The notes below the pieces were generated by a model. The model saw nothing but the letters and a program-made list of their open reading frames with translations. It searched no databases and was not told where the DNA came from. The position numbers and the translations under genes are program-made. Shown here in pieces: positions 42,782-56,148 of a DNA stretch of 64,000 nt. The stretch is taken from contig OZ024741.1 of the NCBI GenBank assembly GCA_964016885.1, positions 379,502,001 through 379,566,000 of the forward strand, in the 5' to 3' direction. Numbering within the stretch: position 1 is the first letter of the stretch; the number at the start of each line of letters is the position of its first letter. Origin of the DNA: Eledone cirrhosa (taxonomy: Eukaryota).

Positions 42782-43794
42782 ATCAGTATATATATAAAAT
42801 TAAGTATGTGTATGTGTGTGTGTCTGTGTATTACCTATAGGGGCCTACATCTTACGGCCGATTTTCCTGAGACTTTACAGGCTCATAGATTCGTCTTCGG
42901 GGAGTGTTTTCTATATATCAACGTATTGTTTTATTTATTCCAGGGTCATTCTGCAGATAAAAATCGATAGGAGGTCACCTTTCTTTAGGTATCGAAAAAT
43001 AAGATTTTTGTCTCTAGCTCCCACATTTTGCCACCGATTTCGTTCAAATTTTAAAGCAAAATAGAATTTTTTATTACACATCCTATAATCGCTTTATATT
43101 TCGCATTTGTTGTTCGGGCACGGCGTGGCAGCCGCTTAAATATTAAAAAATAGCACTTTTAGACTCAAATTTCCACTTTTTCGGCTCTATCTCCCACATT
43201 AATCAACCTACTTTGTTCAAATGTTACACTACGCTAGATCTTATTATTTCACGTCTTAAAGTGGCTTTACATTTTGGATTTTTTGTTCAGAAATGGCGTG
43301 GCAGACGCTTAAATATTCGAAAATACCACGTTTTCGCTCAAATTTCCGCCTTTTCGGCTCTAGCTCCCACATTTTTCAACCGATTTCGTTCAAATTCGAA
43401 ACTTCGGCTCCACCTCACACATAAATCAATTTATTTGGTTCAACTTTTATACTACGATAGAACCTATCATTGCACATATTATAGATGGTCAAATGCAAAA
43501 CGATGGCCACTGACGTCGTCTGAGCTTTTAGTTGTGTATTTGAGAATTCATCGGTTTCCAATCAAATTGCGTGAGGAAATTTGGCTTAGTGTTAGAGGTC
43601 ATTACCTCGCTCCCCCAGCATGCCCCTTCGTCAGTCACCCGCGATTCTCAGTGATAGAGGTCATGACCATCCTCCCCGCATGGCCTGTGTGTTGCCATAG
43701 ATGAGTCATCCAGAAGCAGTCGCTAAGATCAATACCTTTTCATCAAAGCAGATATTATTTTACCTACCCAGGCAACGCTGGGTACTGCTGCTAG
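42782..43794 (+). mobile_element. Non-autonomous Helitron/Helentron-type element
   Basis: 5' TATATATATAAAA plus GT microsatellite; internal ~170-bp repeats; 3' hairpin ACCCAG-gcaacg-CTGGGT then CTAG-T. Confidence 0.65.
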
Positions 43795-45595
43795 TATTAT
43801 ATAAGATTAAATGGTATCACCCACTCAACACTCTACATAGAAAATGTCGTGAATGGTCACTTCAGGAATAATACTGTCAACTCACTTTCTTTCTGTAAGT
43901 GCAGATTATATATTAATCTTACCATCAGCCATCAAGTAATATATACACTACTTTCAATGATTGGTGTCACTGCGCAATCTTTAGATCTGAGAGTATATAG
44001 CGGTTAAATGAAGCATACATTCTTTAAACTTTCCATTGTTATGTTTTATATAAAATAAATTATTCTTGTATTATAATGATCTCTGAAAATAGAAAAGAAT
44101 TAGGAAGGGTTAATAAAATAACTGACATCTTCATGGTTATGATAGTGTTAAGAACATATCTTGAATCGTTTCTAGTGAGAGTTATGTTGGCTACTTTGAA
44201 TTTGAATATGAACACTATGAAATTGAACTTCGTTTTGTATTATAAACTATAACCGGTTTGACTTGTTTTGGTGTCAAAAGCGCTAAGAGGGGGCAAATGT
44301 GCATTGGATAATAAAGTTGGTGATATATAAAAGTTTGTCCATTCAATGCCGAAACTCATTTGCCTAGGGTGTAAAATACAACCACGATAAAAATAATTCA
44401 TCAGAGCAGTAAAGTTTGGTTTGATGATAATGTGGTCAATAAACCCTTATAATCAATTTACAGTCAGACACATTATTGCCTTAGCAATAAAATATGATCA
44501 GATAAATACTATATCAAACAGATAACGATTGTATGTCTCAAAGTAAATTGTGAACTTAAATAAAATTTCATTTAAAAAATAGATTTTGTTAAACATAGTT
44601 TTAAATCAAGCTTATCTGTAAACAATCTTTATCATTTATTGTTAATTAACATTTTTTCATAAATTGCTACTCTTCAGCTAGAAATTTCTAATAATATTGA
44701 AGCTAATGACTATCTTCATAATAATTTATATGCTAATTGCTGCATCACTTCTTTTTTGAAGAATTAATTTAAAATGTAGTTAAACTAATCGAGTGGATGG
44801 ACGTTTTGTTTGAACAAATACAAAATACATAATAATTTCAATAATATTGATTTTCGATATATAACTGTGAGTTTGCTTGTTAATGGAGGTGATAGTGTAT
44901 GACTCACAGAGTGGCAGAAATTATAGGATATCACAATAACAATCGCAGATAATGATGCACGGTTAATGCAATTGCTAATTTGACACACCATTTCATCGCT
45001 CCTCAGAGAACTGTTTAAGCTGAACAATTATAATAGGGCAATGTGCAATATCTACTCTGCATGCGAATAATTATATTGTTTATCAGGAATAGTTTGTGAA
45101 ACAAGTTGAGGCCACGAACATACCTATCCAAATTACCTTAGCCAGGCAAAATCAAAGCAGTCAATATTTAGATTGAATATTTTCTCATTGTCTACAGTAA
45201 CATGCATGGGCAGATAAGAATCAATGTTTTTCAAAGGGCGGTGTATGTTTAAACAGAGAGTGCAGGGTCATGAAGTCAGTCACCGCATAAATACAATCAT
45301 AAACGGGACGGAAACTACTTATGTATCGGAGAGTGTGACTTAGCGAAAGCACTAAGTAACATATTCGATAATATATAGTATTGTTTCATGTGTATTAGCA
45401 GTACTGCCCAATATATACATATATATAGATCATCTAACCCGCAAAGAATATATCATCAGAAACCGAGAATTATTGTAGATTTATAAAGCGTTTTAGATAT
45501 ACTAATGTTAGTAATGCCAAAATCTAGATGTCATGATGACGAGTTTCCTGGGTTCTAATTGACGTCTATGTGTTATTTATGTATGATATAATGCA

Positions 45596-45665
<70 letters not shown>

Positions 45666-45678
45666 TTAATATAGATGA

Positions 45679-45727
45679 GATTCTACAGGACTAGAACTGT
45701 TTCATTCTTCAGAAATCATCAGGAATC
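45679..45727 (-). ncRNA. Type I hammerhead ribozyme in mini-element 45662-46122
   Basis: gattc-CTGATGA-TTTC-tgaa-GAAT-GAAA-CAG-loop-CTG-TA-gaatc. Confidence 0.75.
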
Positions 45728-46122
45728 AAGATATCAAAAAATAAATATGGTATTTATAGGTCTCCTCAGGTGGTAGGAGAGGGTAGGGAGTGGGACGGGT
45801 GTAGGTCATTGGTTTCATAGAAAAGGGAATTCATTAAAATCTAATTCTTCAAAGCTATAGTTTATATTTAAAGTAACAAAGGCAGAAAGAATTCTATAAA
45901 CAAGATCAGAATGAGGTGCCACTCCTTATTTTTAAGTTTCTCTTAAGCTAACAATGCCTAGATTTCAGGTTTCAATAAGATCATTGGGGGTCAGTCATGG
46001 TTGATGGATTTAAATAAAAAGGGAAATCCTTTAAAAGCTAATTCCGTAAGGTTCTACTTAGTGACAAATGCCTAGAGAATTCTATAGACCAGTTCAAAAT
46101 ATTGAGTGCATATGATGCCATT

Positions 46123-46190
<68 letters not shown>

Positions 46191-46375
46191 GTTAATATGC
46201 CCGTGGGTACTAAGTACCCCTGGAAATATATAGGTTGTCTATGATTTAAGGTTGTTCTATGGTATTAATTTGACATACCAGAACTATAATATTAAGATAA
46301 GCAGAACAAGCAAAATTCAACCAATTTTTTAAAATAAATTAAATAATATAATTTAAATATTTACCTATTCTTTTG

Positions 46376-46455
46376 GCCCTTACCGATCGGTTTCGCTTTG
46401 TAAAACACCAGAAATCCAATGGATTTCTAATGGAAAATCAAAGCTCATCAGAGAA
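46376..46455 (-). ncRNA. Type I hammerhead ribozyme (inverted arm)
   Basis: Reverse complement of 46791-46872. Confidence 0.85.
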
Positions 46456-46790
46456 GCATTTTCCTTTCCTAGGGCTAAAGACCCAGGAACGATAAAATAT
46501 ATTGCATAGAACAACCTTAAATCATAGACAACCTATATATTTCCAGGGGTACTTAGTACCCACGGGCATATTAACTTCTTCTATTATTCTCTGTTATGTT
46601 GAGAACAAATCTGTTGTTTCTATTTAGCTGCTATTTTTAGTAACGAGATAGATAACACGTCTATGCTTTTCCCGCTTTCACCTCGGGCAGTTCACGTACG
46701 GGTTATTTTTCGGCCTTTTGGATCTGTGCTAGCTGGCAGATAACAATATATTTTATCGTTCCTGGGTCTTTAGCCCTAGGAAAGGAAAAT

Positions 46791-46872
46791 GCTTCTCTGA
46801 TGAGCTTTGATTTTCCATTAGAAATCCATTGGATTTCTGGTGTTTTACAAAGCGAAACCGATCGGTAAGGGC
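46791..46872 (+). ncRNA. Type I hammerhead ribozyme
   Basis: ttct-CTGATGA-GCTTTG..CAAAGC-GAAA-CCGATCGG-TA-aggg. Confidence 0.87.
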
Positions 46873-47268
46873 CAACAGAATAGGTAAATATTTAAATTAT
46901 ATTTTTTAATTTATTTTAAAAAATTGGTTGAATTTTGCTTGTTCTGCTTCCTTAATATTATAGTTCGGGTATGTCAAATTAATACCATAGAACAACCTTA
47001 AATCATAGACAACCTATATATTTCCAGGGGTACTTAGTACCCACGGGCATATTAACTTCTATTATTCTCTGTTATGTTGAGAACAAATCTGTTGTTTCTA
47101 TTTAGCTGCTATTTTGAGTGACGAGATAGACAACACGTATATGCTTTTCCCGCTTTCACCTCGGGCAGTTCACGTACGGGTCATTTTTCGGCCTTTTGGA
47201 TCTGTTCTAGCTGGCAGATAAGAATATATTTTATCGTTCCTGGGTCTTTAGCCCTAGGAAATGAAAAT

Positions 47269-47350
47269 GCTTCTCTGATGAGCTTTGATTTTCCACTAGA
47301 AATCCTTTGGATTTCTGGTGTTTTACAAAGCGAAACCGATCGGTAAGGGC
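47269..47350 (+). ncRNA. Type I hammerhead ribozyme (second unit)
   Basis: Same core as 46791-46872. Confidence 0.87.
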
Positions 47351-47430
47351 CAAAAGAATAGGTAAATATTTAAATTATATTTTTTAATTTATTTTAAAAA
47401 ATTGGTTGAATTTTGCTTGTTCTGCTTATC

Positions 47431-47506
<76 letters not shown>

Positions 47507-47507
<1 letters not shown>

Positions 47508-50500
47508 CGAAGGAAATGTGGTAAGGAACCAGATGGACCATAACGCACCAAAGTACTCAATACTTAAGGTAGTAGAGTGGGTAATAGGAACTTGTAGGAC
47601 CCCGACGGCTGAGATCGAGCCGTTTCGACGGCTAATTCTGGACTAAATGAACATTTGTATCCTGGTATATGAATAGCCGAGCTTCTCAGGGGGTAATTCC
47701 ATATATGGTAAAAGTGATTGTCACAAGGATTGGTCAACAGTTTGTTGTTGAAACATAATTATTCTATCATGGCAATTTGTGGAAGGAAGGGGTAGCTGAA
47801 CCTGTCAGTAGAAGAAAGAGGGAGAGGGGGTGGAGGAACCCAGTCGTGCGTTGATAGTGCCAACTACAGCTGGGCAGGAGGTCAAAGAAGATACTAGGGA
47901 GGGGGGAGTCGAAACAATAAGTAAAACAATATGGGGTAAATATATAGAAAAATACCGAGTGTTAAAAAGCAATTAAATGTAAAAAAAAACAATTTCTGGT
48001 TACTATAACATAAGGACAGCTATCAAGTCTCTCACTGGTACTGCTAGACTCAAGAAAGGTTTACTAGATGGGACGGAATTATAATGAGACCCTTTTAAGA
48101 GGTATAAGTATACAACCGAATATATCTTACGGTGACGGGTCAACAAGTGGGGGGCCAAAATACTAAAGAAAATACCACTAAATAATAATTCAGAGTCCCG
48201 AGACCAGTACGAAATAAAGGTTTCCGCCCCAGGCACAAGGCCAGCAACCACCCAGTGCAAAAAAAAACAAAAAAAAAACTAATACGAAATAATAATTTAG
48301 AATCGCGAAAAAGAATACTAATACTATCTAGAAGGGTGCCGCCACGATACACAAATTCAAGTGCAAACTACATAAATGCTCGTACGAGGTATATGTAAAA
48401 TTTAATACGGAAAATAATAAATACTGATATGCGAGAAATTAAAGCAAAGATACCACTAAGAAATATAGAAAGCACGGAAAAGGGGCAGCCATCGGATAAG
48501 AAGGCAAGTATCCGGGGTCTAACACATCTGCTATAAAAAGCGGAGTCGGCCAAATTTTAACTTAGAATAGGGGAAGGGGGTGGGGGTATTGAGGCTACAA
48601 AGGACCGAGGGACTGCCTCGGGTGGGTGAGAAAGTAAAAGGACGACGACAAAGAAAGAGGACTGGAGGAAGGTATGGGGGGAAGAAGGAAATATAGAGGA
48701 AGCAATAAATAGATATAAAAGAAGATCTTACGTCTACCTTTGCAAGCAGGGGTTACCCATTACACAATCGGCAAGTGGGGTGTTATAGCCCTTGTCTAAC
48801 CCCCCCCCGGTCATTATGGGGATTGAGGGCGAGGTAAGTCCTATGCAATCTGTGTTTACATGCAGTTGGTCCGTCGAAAACAGTATTTGTAATGTTTCCC
48901 CCGAGCCTAAATTGCACGGACGGCGTCCTCCCGTGTAAGAGTTGGCTCTGGACAGTAAGCTCCAAGTGAGATTATAGGTTATATTGTTATCCTTGAGCTC
49001 CCATATGTGGCCCGAAAGTGTAGTGGCGTGACGCCGGGGCGGGTTACGGAAGGTATGTCTGTGTTGGTATAGCCGGGTCTTGAAGTCACATGCGGTTAAT
49101 CCTATATAAGCTTTGTTGGAGGTGTCCGTCCTCACGTTGCGCTCGTAGATCACATTACCATCTCTGCATCTGTTGTCGAGGGGGCAAATTGATACATCAG
49201 GACAGTTAAACCTCCTGGTCGGCTCTCCACTGCTATGTAGGTTATTTCTTCCATAGGGGTTGAGTTTTTTGTTGTTAGAGGAGACGATGTTTTGTGCAAA
49301 GATAGTTGTAGTGCTGTAGGAGAGTTTGATGGTATTTTTGTTAAAGTATGTTGTGGTAGCGGTGTTGTAGTGGGAAGTGTTTTTCGATGAGCAGAAAGAA
49401 GATTTTCCCGATAGGAGTTGTCACCTCGGTGTTGTGGGGAGGATTGAACCCTGTTACGTTGCGTGACCGGCGGTGTCGCCTGCTGGTTCCGCTAATGGAA
49501 GCTGGACAGTAGGATATTTCCTCCTGGAAACCACTCCGCTTGAGGGCCTGGTTGTAATAAGGCGCATGTTCCTCGAATATTTGCTCATTAGCTGACAAAC
49601 GAGATATGCGGAGGGAGATGTTTTTAGCCAGGTTATTGGTGATGTTCCTAGAATGGTTTGACAGACGGTGGATGTAGTGCAGATTGTCGTTAGGTTTCCT
49701 GTATGGGTAGTACAGATGATTATCGAGGTCAACGGTGACGTCCAGGAAGTTTACTAGGGTCAGGGACGTTTGTAGGGTTATTTTAAATCCCCAGTCGCGG
49801 AAGAAGCTGATTAATTGTTTACGGAGTAGATCTGTACTACTGGGGTGGTAACCTTTAAGTGTAGGAGCCCATCATCACGGTACAATCCACCGCCGAATGC
49901 AGGAAACATATCGGTGAATTTTCCGTATCAAATTTTACATATACTTCCTACGAGCATTTATGTAGTTTGCACTAGAATTTTTGTATCGTGGCGGCACCTT
50001 TAGAGATAGTATTAGTATTCTTTTTCGGGATTCTGAATTATTATTTCGTATTAGTTTTTTTTTTTTTTTTTGCACTGGGTGGTTGCTGGCCTTGTGCCTG
50101 GGGTACAAACCTTTATTTCGTACTGGTCTCGGGACTCTGAATTATTATTTAGTGGTAGTTTCTTTAGTATTTTGGCCCCCCACTTGTTGACCCGTCACCG
50201 TAAGATATATTCGGTTGTTTACTAATACCTCTTAAAAGGGTCTCATTATAATTTCTTCCCACCTAGTAAACCTTTCTTTAGTCTAGCAGTACCAGTGAGA
50301 GACCTGATAGCTGTCGTTATGTTATAGAAATTGTTTTTTGACACTCTCGGTATTTTTCTATATATTTACCCCATAATGTTTTACTTATTGTTTCGACTTC
50401 CTCCCCCTCCCCCTCCCTAGTATCTTCTTTGACCTCCTGCCCAGCTGTAGTTGGTACTATCAACGCACGACTGGCTTTCCTCCACCCCCTCTCCCTCTTT

Positions 50501-50729
50501 CTTCTACTGGCAGATTCAGCTACCCCTTCCTTCCACAAATTGCCATGATAGAATAATTATGTTTCAACAACAAACTGTTGACCAATCCTTGTGACAATCA
50601 ATTTTACTATATATGGAATTACCCTCTGAGAAGCTCGGCTATTCATATACCAGGATAAACATTTTCATTTAGTCCAGAATTAGTTGTCGAAACGGCTTGA
50701 GCTCAGCCGTCGGGGTCCTACTTGTTCCT

Positions 50730-50730
<1 letters not shown>
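47507..50730 (-). mobile_element. 5'-truncated Hydra-clade-like PLE with ~830-bp pLTR and inverted 5' pLTR (49918-50730)
   Basis: GGLYRDD, NFLDVT, YYNQALKRSG, FNPP, IY..YIGLT..FKTRLYQH in 48730-49915 (-); 49918-50730 mirrors ~47586-48413. Confidence 0.88.
50621..50716 (+). ncRNA. Hammerhead-like motif with atypical CUGAGAA core (mirror at 47598-47694, -)
   Basis: accc(c/t)-CTGAGAAG-..CGGCTA..TAGYYGTC-GAAA-CGGCT-loop-AGCCG-TC-ggggt. Confidence 0.6.
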
Positions 50731-50785
<55 letters not shown>

Positions 50786-51046
50786 GGAAAAAATGAAACG
50801 AAATTTCATTTCCCTCTCTTAGTACGGCTGTTACTTAAATATAAGTATGTACACGTACATACATATATGCATACAGACGTACAGTAGTATGTATATATAT
50901 ATACATACATGCACACATATATATATGTACGTATGGATTCGCCGAACATTTATTATAATGCTCGGTATGTTTGTAAACAAATATGCCGTATTAAGCCGTA
51001 GTGTCCAGCAACCATCGTTAATCGTTTGTTCAACACTGACAAAGGA

Positions 51047-51088
51047 ACGCTGTACTAGTTTCAAGCTTATTAGCTATCGTCAGCAACG
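51047..51088 (-). ncRNA. Minimal type I hammerhead ribozyme
   Basis: Mirror of 51346-51388. Confidence 0.87.
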
Positions 51089-51345
51089 CATACCTTCCTG
51101 CCAGATTGTTGAACGTATATACTTACCTTTTGCATATTAACAGCTGAGAAGGGCAATTTGCATATCGAGTGGGTTAATCGGCCAGGTGCACCGAAAACAA
51201 TAAACGGAAAAAATGAAAAATGTTTTTCCGTTTATCGTTTTCGGTGTACCCGGCCGATTCACCCACTCGATATGCAAATTGCCCTTCTCAGCTGTTAATA
51301 TGCAAAAGGTAAGTATATACGTTCAACAATCTGGCAGGAAGGTAT

Positions 51346-51388
51346 ACGTTGCTGACGATAGCTAATAAGCTTGAAACTAGTACAGCGT
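51346..51388 (+). ncRNA. Minimal type I hammerhead ribozyme
   Basis: acgttg-CTGACGA-TAGCT-aata-AGCTT-GAAA-CTAG-TA-cagcgt. Confidence 0.88.
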
Positions 51389-51593
51389 TCTTTTGTCCGT
51401 GTTGAACAAACGAGCAACGATGGTTGCTGGACACTACGGCTTAATACGGGATCTTTGTTTACAATAACACCGAGCATTATAATAAATGTTCGGTCAAACC
51501 ATACGTACATATCTATATATATGTGCATGTATGTATATATATATATACATACTACTGTACGTCTCTATACATATATATATGTACGTGTACATA

Positions 51594-51650
<57 letters not shown>

Positions 51651-51652
<2 letters not shown>

Positions 51653-52050
51653 CGAATGAAATGTGGTAAGGAAGCAGATGGACCATAACGCACCAAAGTC
51701 CTCAATACTTAGGTTAGTAGAGTGGGTGATAGGAACGAGTAGGACCCCGACGGCTGAGCTCAAGCCGTTTCGACGGCTAATTCTGGACTAAATTTGAAAT
51801 TTTAACCTGGTAAATAAATAACCGAACATTTCAATGGGTAATTCCATATATGGGAAGATTGTAGCTGTCAGGATGATTGGTCAAAATTTGTTGCAAACAC
51901 AATTAAGTCTATCATGACAGTGGGTGGAAGGTGGGGTGGCTGAATTAGCCTGTAGTACAATGAGGGAGTGGGTAGAGCCGCTCAAGCGTTGAAAGTGAAA
52001 TCTATAAAGCAAATTCTTGAGCTCAGCCGTCGGGGTCCTACTCGTTCCTA
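51651..52050 (-). mobile_element. pLTR fragment of the 47507 family with short inverted end
   Basis: Homologous to 47507-47850; 52016-52050 inverted. Confidence 0.78.
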
Positions 52051-52467
52051 TATATATAGACAACCTTTCCCCACCCCGGAAAAAACCCCAGTTGATGGAT
52101 GTGCATCCGAAATATATAGGGACAATTAAATCTCTCCCAAGGTAACTCTCTTTCTCGTGTTGTTATTTTTATTTTATCCTTTATACTCTTTCCTTCATTC
52201 CTCTACACGTCTTATACACACCACACATCTCAACGTCACCCACTTACATCTCTCCCTCCACCACCGGATCTTGTTACCCGGAGATTTACCCATTTGCATT
52301 GTCGAGGCTTCCAAACGACTTAAAGATATTTACCTATTATTCCACAATGCTTCAAGTAAACTTCAATACTCTCATATATATATATATATTTCGTTTAGTT
52401 ATATATATATATATTTGAATTAGTTTAGCAAGATTCTTTATCTGAAAACGTGTGTTGAAACCGATAT

Positions 52468-52975
52468 TATTATACTTTTGGAGGGTCATGTTGCCAATAA
52501 GAAACACACGCACCGGTTGCTTTCACTCCAATTTATTATAAATTAAATTATACATTTATAAATTTAAAAATGTATACATTTCCGGTTGGTTGGTTGGTTC
52601 CACAACGGGACGGTTGTTCATATATTGTCAAAGTTCTTTCGTCACACATTAAGTGACCTCTTTAGTGACTGGGGATTTATTTCTTTGTTTTTGTTCTGTG
52701 CCTCTCCTTTGTTCTGTGCTACGCCATCTTGTTTTTGTGTGTGTTGTGTGCTTAGTTTGCGCATGTGTTACACCCGGGTGTCTGTGTGTGTATTATTTGT
52801 TTATTCATTTGTTTATTTACATGTTACTGGTTGTTTGTTTGTTCTATATGTGTGTGTTTTCATGTTGTCCTTAATTGTAAGTTGTGATGTTGCTATTCCG
52901 GAAATTTATAATAAATTGGAGTGGACCATACGGTGCGTGTGTTTCTTATTGGCAACATGGCTCTCCCAAGTATAA
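52468..52975. mobile_element. Non-coding element with inverted termini (27420 family)
   Basis: 52470-52545 mirrors 52903-52975. Confidence 0.6.
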
Positions 52976-52977
52976 CA

Positions 52978-53057
<80 letters not shown>

Positions 53058-53459
53058 TATATATATCATGTATATATTTAATTTTTGTTGATTTCAATTA
53101 CCTCTGTAATTTATTTACATTATTCTCATCTCTGTACGACTTCAGTTATACCATTAAACGTGGTATGGTATTTGCGTGTAATTGTCCTTTCCGCTCCACA
53201 TAATGACATAATATCTTCATTTTTTCCGTTCATTGCCAGAGAACGTCTCCACGAACCATCTAATAGAATATTAGTCTACGACTTCATTTGTACCATAAAC
53301 CTGGTTTTCTCTTTGCGTCTAATTGTTTTCACCGATCCAAATAATTACGTATTATCTTCGTTTTTTTCCCGTTCTTTGCAAGGAAATGTTTCCACGAACC
53401 AAAGTATCGTCTTCCTGTCTTCCTTCGATTGCAACGTTTTTTGAAATATTTACTTCTGC

Positions 53460-54430
53460 GTTCACAGATTGATTTTTTTAGTTTCAGAAAATCCCGTTAA
53501 GGGTGAAAGCAGCGATTCTGTGCCTAAACTTTAATCTGTTATTTTAATAAATATTTGCTCTACGGTTCTTGTATATTTGATACATATTTATCCTTATCAA
53601 GCCCTCTTTGGATATTAGTCTTCAAATTTATTATTATTACTATTTGGCTCCCTCGATTGAGCACTCTTTTGACTTATATTCATCATGCAGAAACAACATA
53701 TGAATATTTCTACAAAGAACATACCCGTACCAAGCAGGAAAACATAACTAAAACTCCTGATACAGAAAACAGACGCGGTCATTAAAAGGTTGCGTTTGCG
53801 TGCTTTTTATTTCGATAACCAGGGAAGATCGGACAACAAACAGGATAAATTTGGGTTTACAACTTACAATAACCCTCCGATAACCCAGCATTGCTACCCT
53901 TCGAAAATAATGTCTTGGAACACATACGGAGTATCAAATTTCGGAATAGGAGCAAGTCCTTCCAGCAGGACCTGAAGAAATAGAATTTGTTCTATTAAGG
54001 ATTATAAGGCCGTACACGTCCACTCCGACAAAACTGGCAAGCTATATCAAGTGGAACGCAGTACTTATAATCAACTGCTACATAATGCTGAGGATTACCG
54101 TAAAACTAATCGGAGCGTCATTAATGACATCAACGATGCTGGGTTTAAAATCACCTCTGATCTCAACATCCTGGACCGGACTGACCTTCTGGACCCGATT
54201 TCCCCCACTTTACCCTGAAGGATCACGAATCCAATTTCTCGAACAGCCCCTCTATTTGGCTTATTAACCCTACGAAGTTCGATTTAGGTAGACTTAGTAA
54301 AAGGATTTTAGATAGAATTATACCTGAAATTAGAAGTGAGGCCTCTCTTGCAGTGTGGAAACATTTTTTCGCGGTGATTGATTGGTTCAACGGCATATGC
54401 AACAAGGAACATTGCCATTTTATCCATTCT
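53460..54430 (+). pseudogene. Degenerate 5' part of a Hydra-clade-like PLE
   Basis: ATG 53685 MQKQHMNISTKNIPVP..KRLRLRAFYF, HSDKT, LINPTKFDLGRLSKRILD; decayed hammerhead ~53463-53522; hairpin 53647-53665. Confidence 0.75.
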
Positions 54431-56105
54431 ACGACTCCTAATATTGCACATAACATCACAGCTAATAGAGAAATGATTGTGCAAGTTATGTCTCCCTGAG
54501 TATCATTAATATTTCTACTGCAATATAAATATAAATTATTTCGTTCGAGAAACAATGTAATCATTAGTTCCAGTGACCTTGAATTAGTCGAGAAGAAATG
54601 TCAGATAGAAAGTAGGAAGATTCGTATGGTCCTCTCTAATGTTTACATGTATTGAATAATTCTCCCGTTTGACATCAAAAAGCCAACTGTGCCGCAAACT
54701 CTCCGAGGCATCTGAGAGCACACAACAAAGAGATATCTCCTGGGAAAATTGTCGTATGGAAAATGACCTAATAAAAAATATTCGATATTCGAAGTTCGGT
54801 TATAAGTGTCACTAATGGTTTTATTTCCAATATCAATCTCAGCCTTCCAATAAATCCATCAAACTTAAAACACAAGATTATGTTGATATATAACTCATCC
54901 AGTAATCACTGCTGTTAATTGTTACAGAAAATTTCACCAACAGAAAAAAATGTTTTATCCTCCAGAGGCAGGGAAGCTAGTTGACGAAGAAGATCAAGTC
55001 CTAAAAAATATATATTGCCATCGCTTGGTGCGTATAAAGTTATCCTGGTAGTCAGTTGATGTCACATCATATAATCTACGTGTTGAAAAACGTCTAAATG
55101 CGTACAAGTCTGGCGTATATACATAGACGTGGGAAAATGTAGAATTTTATGTAAATTTGCGGACATGCTTTCTCGAACCATAACCATATACTATACTTCA
55201 TAGTAAGTCATAGGTGTCTAGTTATATCAAAGATTACTTATCTCCAAATACACTCCCTCCTTACATAGATTTATTTGATACCGCGTATTTGACCGTACTC
55301 TCATATTCAGATAGACGCCAATAATTCTAAAGTGTTTAAAATGATATAATATATAACTGGTCAGGTGTCATTTGTACAACTTCTTGTGAACGATATCAAT
55401 TAGTCTCTACCTCTTTGATTCCATATAAATATCTAGATACATGAAACTAATAATCTGAAGATGTAGATGTTAATGGAAACAATTATATATCACAACAGAG
55501 CACATGACTACCTCTAATAGGAATATAAATATAGAGATACATATCTATATTTGGTGCGGTTTCTACTTTAAAATAATAATTCACTATTTTGATAGTGTCA
55601 TATATTCAAATTTATTTCACGCTATATGAGAAACGCCGCTATGTTACATTCAACTGTTCCTGTCAGAATTTTATTTTCATTATTCTTGAAAGTATGTTGG
55701 TGTGGGGACCTGTTCAATTGCCTATCTTAATGTCACTAAAATTTCAAATGTTTAAACCACACAAAAGTATAACTTCCAAAGAACTCGTAAAACACAAAGC
55801 GTTATGTCATTTCAGATGTTAAAATTACGAAAGTGTTTGGCACCACTATAGTCAAAATCTTGTTCTCTTCTTCCAGTAAAAATCTATAGTTTTTTTGAAA
55901 GTAGACTACACTTTACAAAATCCGAAATGTATTATGCATTAACGTGTTAGTAACAAATTGGAGACAATGCATACACATGTACAATGACATAGACACATAT
56001 CTGGTGAAAAGCCGTCAGGCTAAGGATAGGCAGAAAATGCGGATGATAACGATGATAATAGTGATGATGATGGTGATGATGTTGATAATGATGATCATGT
56101 TTTAT

Positions 56106-56148
<43 letters not shown>

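Larger units (their letters stand above)
46188..47434 (+). mobile_element. Non-coding 478-nt tandem hammerhead element with inverted left arm (retrozyme-like / non-autonomous PLE)
   Basis: CTGATGA at 46797 and 47275; 46188-46505 inverted; (AT)n flanks; no ORF. Confidence 0.85.
50783..51596. mobile_element. Non-coding ~420-nt hammerhead element in inverted dimer
   Basis: aacggaaaaaatgaaa recurs at 50783 and 51203; 51222-51596 inverted; (AT)n flanks. Confidence 0.8.
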
